Source: an uncultured delta proteobacterium
Lineage (GTDB): Bacteria; Desulfobacterota; Desulfuromonadia; Geobacterales; Pseudopelobacteraceae
NCBI GenBank assembly: GCA_963772835.1
Contig: CAVYYZ010000005.1
Span: 64,001 to 128,000, forward strand
Direction: 5' to 3'
DNA: 64,000 nucleotides
In this document: piece by piece, positions 59,873 to 64,000 of the stretch
How the letters are laid out: every line of letters starts with the position of its first letter
Position numbering within the stretch: position 1 is the stretch's first letter
Notes under the pieces: generated by a model
Databases searched by the model: none
Told to the model about the DNA's origin: nothing
Seen by the model: the letters and a program-made list of their open reading frames with translations, nothing else
Translations under genes and position numbers: made by a program

Positions 59873-60430
59873 ATGCCGAAGAACGTGCTCGACGACATGA
59901 AGATTCACATGGAAAAAACGGTGGGGGTCCTTAAAAACGAATTTCAGAAGATTCGTACCGGACGTGCAACGACAGGTATTCTTGACTCTATTACCATTGA
60001 TTATTACGGAAACACTTCCTCGTTAAGCCAGGTTGCAACCCTGGCTATTCCAGAGGCACGCACTATCACCATTACGCCATGGGAATCAAAAATGATCGGA
60101 CCGATTGAAAAGGCAATCTTGAATGCCAATCTCGGCCTGACTCCGGGTAACGATGGCAAATCTATTCGCCTTAATCTCCCGCCTCTTACGGAGGAACGCC
60201 GCAAAGAAATCGTAAAAGGGCTCAAAAAGAAGGCTGAAGAGGACAAAATAGCTATCAGGAACATTCGTCGTGATGCGATTGATAAACTGAAAAAGCTGGA
60301 AAAAGACAAGGCTATAACTGAAGATGAGTTAAAAAAATACGAAAAAGATGTTCAGGACATTACAAAGAATTTTGAGCAGAAGATGGATGAGGCGGTTGCA
60401 CATAAGGAAAAAGAGGTTTTGGAAGTCTGA
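59873..60430 (+). CDS. frr: Ribosome recycling factor
   Basis: IRTGRA, PPLTEERR and IRNIRRD motifs. Confidence 0.97.
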   Translation: MPKNVLDDMKIHMEKTVGVLKNEFQKIRTGRATTGILDSITIDYYGNTSSLSQVATLAIPEARTITITPWESKMIGPIEKAILNANLGLTPGNDGKSIRLNLPPLTEERRKEIVKGLKKKAEEDKIAIRNIRRDAIDKLKKLEKDKAITEDELKKYEKDVQDITKNFEQKMDEAVAHKEKEVLEV

Positions 60431-61185
60431 TGACGCCCCTTGACCCGCAAAAACTGCCGGTTCATCTGGCTGTTATTATGGATGGCAACGGCCGCTGGGC
60501 ACAGCAGCGTATGCTGAAGCGGATTGTCGGCCATCAACGCGGAGCTGAAACGGTAAAAATGGTGGTTGAGCAGGCATCCATGCTCGGAATCAAATACCTG
60601 ACGCTGTTTGCCTTCTCATCGGAGAACTGGTCACGACCGGTGCTGGAAGTGCGTGCTTTGATGACGCTTCTCAAAAAGTATATACGTCAGGAAACCGCGC
60701 GCATGATTCGCAAGAACATCCGCTATAATGTCATTGGCAACCGGAGTGAACTGCCGGACGACGTCAACGAAACGCTGGATCAGGCCATTCGCAAGACCGC
60801 TATGAACACCGGCATGGTATTGACACTGGCCCTCTCCTACGGCGGTCGGCAGGAGTTGTGCCGCGCAGCTTCGCACTTTGCACAGGATGTAGCAGCCGGT
60901 AAATTGTCTGCTGACGACATTACCACTGAGCTTTTCGACAGTTATCTTGATACCGGCGGCCTGCCTGATCCCGATTTTCTGATTCGTACCAGCGGAGAAA
61001 TGCGTATCAGCAACTTTCTGCTTTGGCAGCTTGCCTATACCGAACTCTATTTCACCGACACTAACTGGCCTGATTTCACCATTAATGAACTTCACAAAGC
61101 ACTGGCTGATTTCCAGTCACGCGAACGGCGTTTCGGAATGACAGGTGATCAGATAATACAAAGGGGCAACCTATCAAACGCCTGA
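60430..61185 (+). CDS. uppS: Undecaprenyl diphosphate synthase
   Basis: IMDGNGRWA, FSSENW and RTSGEMRISNFLLWQ motifs. Confidence 0.97.
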   Translation: MTPLDPQKLPVHLAVIMDGNGRWAQQRMLKRIVGHQRGAETVKMVVEQASMLGIKYLTLFAFSSENWSRPVLEVRALMTLLKKYIRQETARMIRKNIRYNVIGNRSELPDDVNETLDQAIRKTAMNTGMVLTLALSYGGRQELCRAASHFAQDVAAGKLSADDITTELFDSYLDTGGLPDPDFLIRTSGEMRISNFLLWQLAYTELYFTDTNWPDFTINELHKALADFQSRERRFGMTGDQIIQRGNLSNA

Positions 61186-61967
61186 TCTCAGCGATCATTC
61201 TGTTGCCAATCGTCATCCTGACTGTCCTGAGGGGTGGCACACTTCTTCTCGCCTGCCTTCTTGCTCTGCTTTCCGCCGTAGGAATTTCCGAATTCTATCG
61301 CATGGCTCTACCGGAACGGAAACTGGAGCACTGGCTGGCTGCATTGGCCGGTTCAGCACTTGTCTTTATACCTTTTGCCGGCAATGACAGAATATTTGTC
61401 TCCGGTATCGGACTGCTTTTTATCGGATTTGCCCTGCTGTTCCTGTTCCGTGTCCGCTCGATTGATTCGGCTGCCAGCGAAGTTGCATTGGCCCTTCTCG
61501 CGTTTCTCTATATCCCGTTCATGCTGATGCACCTTGTCATGCTGCGCCAGACACCTTTCGGCATCCAGTGGCTGTTTGTTATCATGCTGATCGTTATGAC
61601 CAATGACTCGGCGGCATACTATACCGGCAGTGCTTTTGGCAAAAACCGCCTGTACCCTCTGGTCAGCCCCAAGAAAAGTATCGAGGGCGCTATCGGCGGT
61701 CTGGCTGGCAGTCTCTGCGGCACTCTTCTGGCAAAATTCACATTTTTTCCGCAATTGACATTGACAGATGCAGTTATGACGGCTCTCGTTATCGGCGTGG
61801 TCGGCCAGACCGGTGATCTGTTTGAATCACTGCTGAAACGGAGTTTTGGCGTCAAGGATTCCGGTACACTCATTCCGGGGCATGGCGGCGTGCTTGACCG
61901 CCTTGACAGTATTCTCTTCGCCGCTCCGGTTACCTACTATTACGTTCTCTTCTTTTTCAAAGGCTGA
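61173..61967 (+). CDS. cdsA: Phosphatidate cytidylyltransferase (probable ATC start)
   Basis: SPKKSIEG and GDLFESLLKR..GVKDSG..IPGHGGVLDRLDS motifs. Start inferred (see findings). Confidence 0.93.
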   Translation: MKRLISAIILLPIVILTVLRGGTLLLACLLALLSAVGISEFYRMALPERKLEHWLAALAGSALVFIPFAGNDRIFVSGIGLLFIGFALLFLFRVRSIDSAASEVALALLAFLYIPFMLMHLVMLRQTPFGIQWLFVIMLIVMTNDSAAYYTGSAFGKNRLYPLVSPKKSIEGAIGGLAGSLCGTLLAKFTFFPQLTLTDAVMTALVIGVVGQTGDLFESLLKRSFGVKDSGTLIPGHGGVLDRLDSILFAAPVTYYYVLFFFKG

Positions 61968-61970
61968 CCC

Positions 61971-63131
61971 ATGAAAAACATCACCATTCTTGGTTCAACC
62001 GGGTCGATCGGAGTCAGCACACTCGAAATTGTCAGCGACCATCCAGACAGATTCCGCGTTGTAGCCATGACTGCCGGGAAAAATCTTGAGCTGCTTGCAC
62101 GGCAGATCAGACAATTTGCCCCCCGGATCGCGGTCGTGGCCTCGCCTGAAGATGTTCCCCGCATGAAGAAGCTCTGCAGCGGTCTGGATGTTACGGTTCT
62201 GGGTGGAGTGGAAGGATTGATTGCAGCTGCGACAGCTGATGAAACTGAGATGGTGGTGGCAGCAATTGTCGGGGCCGCCGGTCTTATACCAACAGCCGCG
62301 GCAATAAGAGCCCGCAAGGATATTGCCCTCGCTAATAAGGAAATTCTTGTTACGGCCGGGCACCTCTTCATGGATCTGATTTCAGAGTTCGATGTAAGGC
62401 TTTTTCCGGTAGACAGCGAGCATAGCGCCGTCTTTCAATCGATGGAGGGGCACCGTAGCGAGGATATACACAAAATCATTCTGACCGCATCAGGCGGTCC
62501 ATTTTTAAACACTCCGGCCACTCAGATGCCAAAAGTCACTGTGCGTGATGCTCTCAACCATCCTAACTGGAACATGGGTAAGAAAATTACCATCGATTCG
62601 GCCACAATGATGAACAAAGGGCTGGAAGTTATTGAGGCTCGCTGGTTATTCAACACTCCAGTCGAGAAGATTCTGGTCAACATCCACCCCCAGAGCATTA
62701 TTCACTCAATGGTTGAGTACATTGACGGTTGCGTCATTGCCCAGCTCGGCACGCCGGACATGAAGGCCCCCATTGCCTATGCTCTGGCTTATCCAGAGAG
62801 AATAACGACCGGCGTCAGGCCTCTGGATCTGACAGCCTTAACCGGACTTACCTTTTTTAACCCGGATATTGAAAAGTTCCGCTGTCTGGGGCTCGCGTAT
62901 CGCGCCATTTCGTCTGGAGAAAGCATGCCTGCCGTTATGAATGCCGCCAACGAAATTGCCGTCGCTGAATTTCTTGGGGGGCGCATCTGTTTTACTCAGA
63001 TTGCAGAGACAATTGAACGCACAATGGATGCCCACACTTCACACAATCTAAGTTCAATCGAAGAAGTACTCAAGGCTGACCTCTGGGGCAGAGAATCGGC
63101 CCGCGAAATATGTAAGGAGATGGGATACTGA
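61971..63131 (+). CDS. dxr: 1-deoxy-D-xylulose 5-phosphate reductoisomerase
   Basis: [19 protein letters not shown] and NKGLEVIEA motifs. Confidence 0.97.
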   Translation: MKNITILGSTGSIGVSTLEIVSDHPDRFRVVAMTAGKNLELLARQIRQFAPRIAVVASPEDVPRMKKLCSGLDVTVLGGVEGLIAAATADETEMVVAAIVGAAGLIPTAAAIRARKDIALANKEILVTAGHLFMDLISEFDVRLFPVDSEHSAVFQSMEGHRSEDIHKIILTASGGPFLNTPATQMPKVTVRDALNHPNWNMGKKITIDSATMMNKGLEVIEARWLFNTPVEKILVNIHPQSIIHSMVEYIDGCVIAQLGTPDMKAPIAYALAYPERITTGVRPLDLTALTGLTFFNPDIEKFRCLGLAYRAISSGESMPAVMNAANEIAVAEFLGGRICFTQIAETIERTMDAHTSHNLSSIEEVLKADLWGRESAREICKEMGY

Positions 63132-63132
63132 T

Positions 63133-64000
63133 ATGACCGTTGTGTATGCAATCGTAGTGTTAGGAATTTTGATTTTTGTCCATGAACTAGGGCATTTTCT
63201 GTTCGCCAAATTAATGGGGGTCAGCGTAGAAAAATTTTCTCTCGGCTTTGGCCCCAAGCTCATCGGTAAAAAAATCGGAGAGACTGAATATCTGCTTTCA
63301 GCCTTTCCGCTGGGCGGATACGTCAAGATGTTCGGCGAAGGTGGGTTTATTGAAGGGGGAGAACAGGACCCCCGGCCTGAAGTTAAAAATGCCGAATCGG
63401 TTGAAACATCTGAACCGGTTATGCGTGAACTGACCGATGATGAAAAAGCGCGTTCCTTCGCCCATAAACCGGTTGCTGCACGCATTGCAATTGTTATGGC
63501 CGGCCCGGTCTTCAATCTGCTCTTTGCCTGGCTTATTTTCATCGTACTTTGCATGATGGGTGTCCCTACCGTTACCACCAAAATCGGCGAGGCTCTCAAA
63601 GACAAACCGGCAGCAAAAGCCGGTATGCAAAAAGGTGATGTCATCACCGCCATAAACAACATGCCGATCACCCGCTGGGATCAGATCGCCGATGGTGTTT
63701 CCGCAAGCAAAGGCCAGCCACTTGCTCTAACAATAAGACGTGAAGCCGCGGACATAACTTTCACCATAACCCCCGAACCACGCATTTCAAAAAACCTGTT
63801 CGGTGAGAAAATAAACGGCTATGCCATCGGGGTTGCCTCGGCCGGTGAATTTGTCACTGAGTACTTCACCCCCCCTCAGGCATTCATTAAAGGGACTGAA
63901 CAAACATGGAAAGTCATTGACCTGACGTTCATGTCACTGGTTAAAATGGTGCAGCGCGTTGTTCCCATGGACAGTGTCGGCGGTCCTATAATGATTGCAA
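63133..64000 (+). CDS. rseP: RIP metalloprotease RseP, truncated by the window end
   Basis: Manual translation: HELGHF, FSLGFGP, PLGGYVKM, AGPVFN and a PDZ-like segment. Confidence 0.95.
   Translation, partial: MTVVYAIVVLGILIFVHELGHFLFAKLMGVSVEKFSLGFGPKLIGKKIGETEYLLSAFPLGGYVKMFGEGGFIEGGEQDPRPEVKNAESVETSEPVMRELTDDEKARSFAHKPVAARIAIVMAGPVFNLLFAWLIFIVLCMMGVPTVTTKIGEALKDKPAAKAGMQKGDVITAINNMPITRWDQIADGVSASKGQPLALTIRREAADITFTITPEPRISKNLFGEKINGYAIGVASAGEFVTEYFTPPQAFIKGTEQTWKVIDLTFMSLVKMVQRVVPMDSVGGPIMIA

Overview
A 64 kb stretch of mostly core genome from a bacterium. Gene content, gene order and protein style suggest Geobacteraceae/Desulfuromonadales (inference, not a database result). In order: pepN (truncated by the window); a Zn-ribbon hypothetical; a DUF1456 protein; ilvD-ilvB-ilvN-ilvC-psd-pssA; a phosphoesterase, sppA and DAHP synthase; gmhB-rmlA-mreC-mreD-mrdA-rodA; an M-box riboswitch controlling a soluble MgtE-type protein plus an Nramp-family transporter; a long minus-strand block (asnS, DUF503, MBL hydrolase, purB, mscS, purL, recQ, purQ, purF, pyrE, tlyA-hinT, DUF4124); 7TM-HD, ybeY, dgkA; xerD; glnD; an accessory patch (MFS, hemerythrin, GT4, VF530, small multiheme cytochrome c); pyc; a decayed island (SIR2-like fragment plus higBA-type toxin-antitoxin); ilvE; a ferredoxin; and rpsB-tsf-pyrH-frr-uppS-cdsA-dxr-rseP. 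I saw no rRNA, tRNA, CRISPR array, prophage or intact IS. I found no clearly new multi-gene system. The best leads are: the riboswitch-controlled split Mg2+ uptake module, an in-frame TlyA-HIT fusion with an internal start, an exact 24-bp structured motif duplicated in the ilvB and psd leaders, a probable ATC start for cdsA, a 42-aa membrane microprotein missing from the ORF track, three compensating indels in ilvB, and several REP-like elements.
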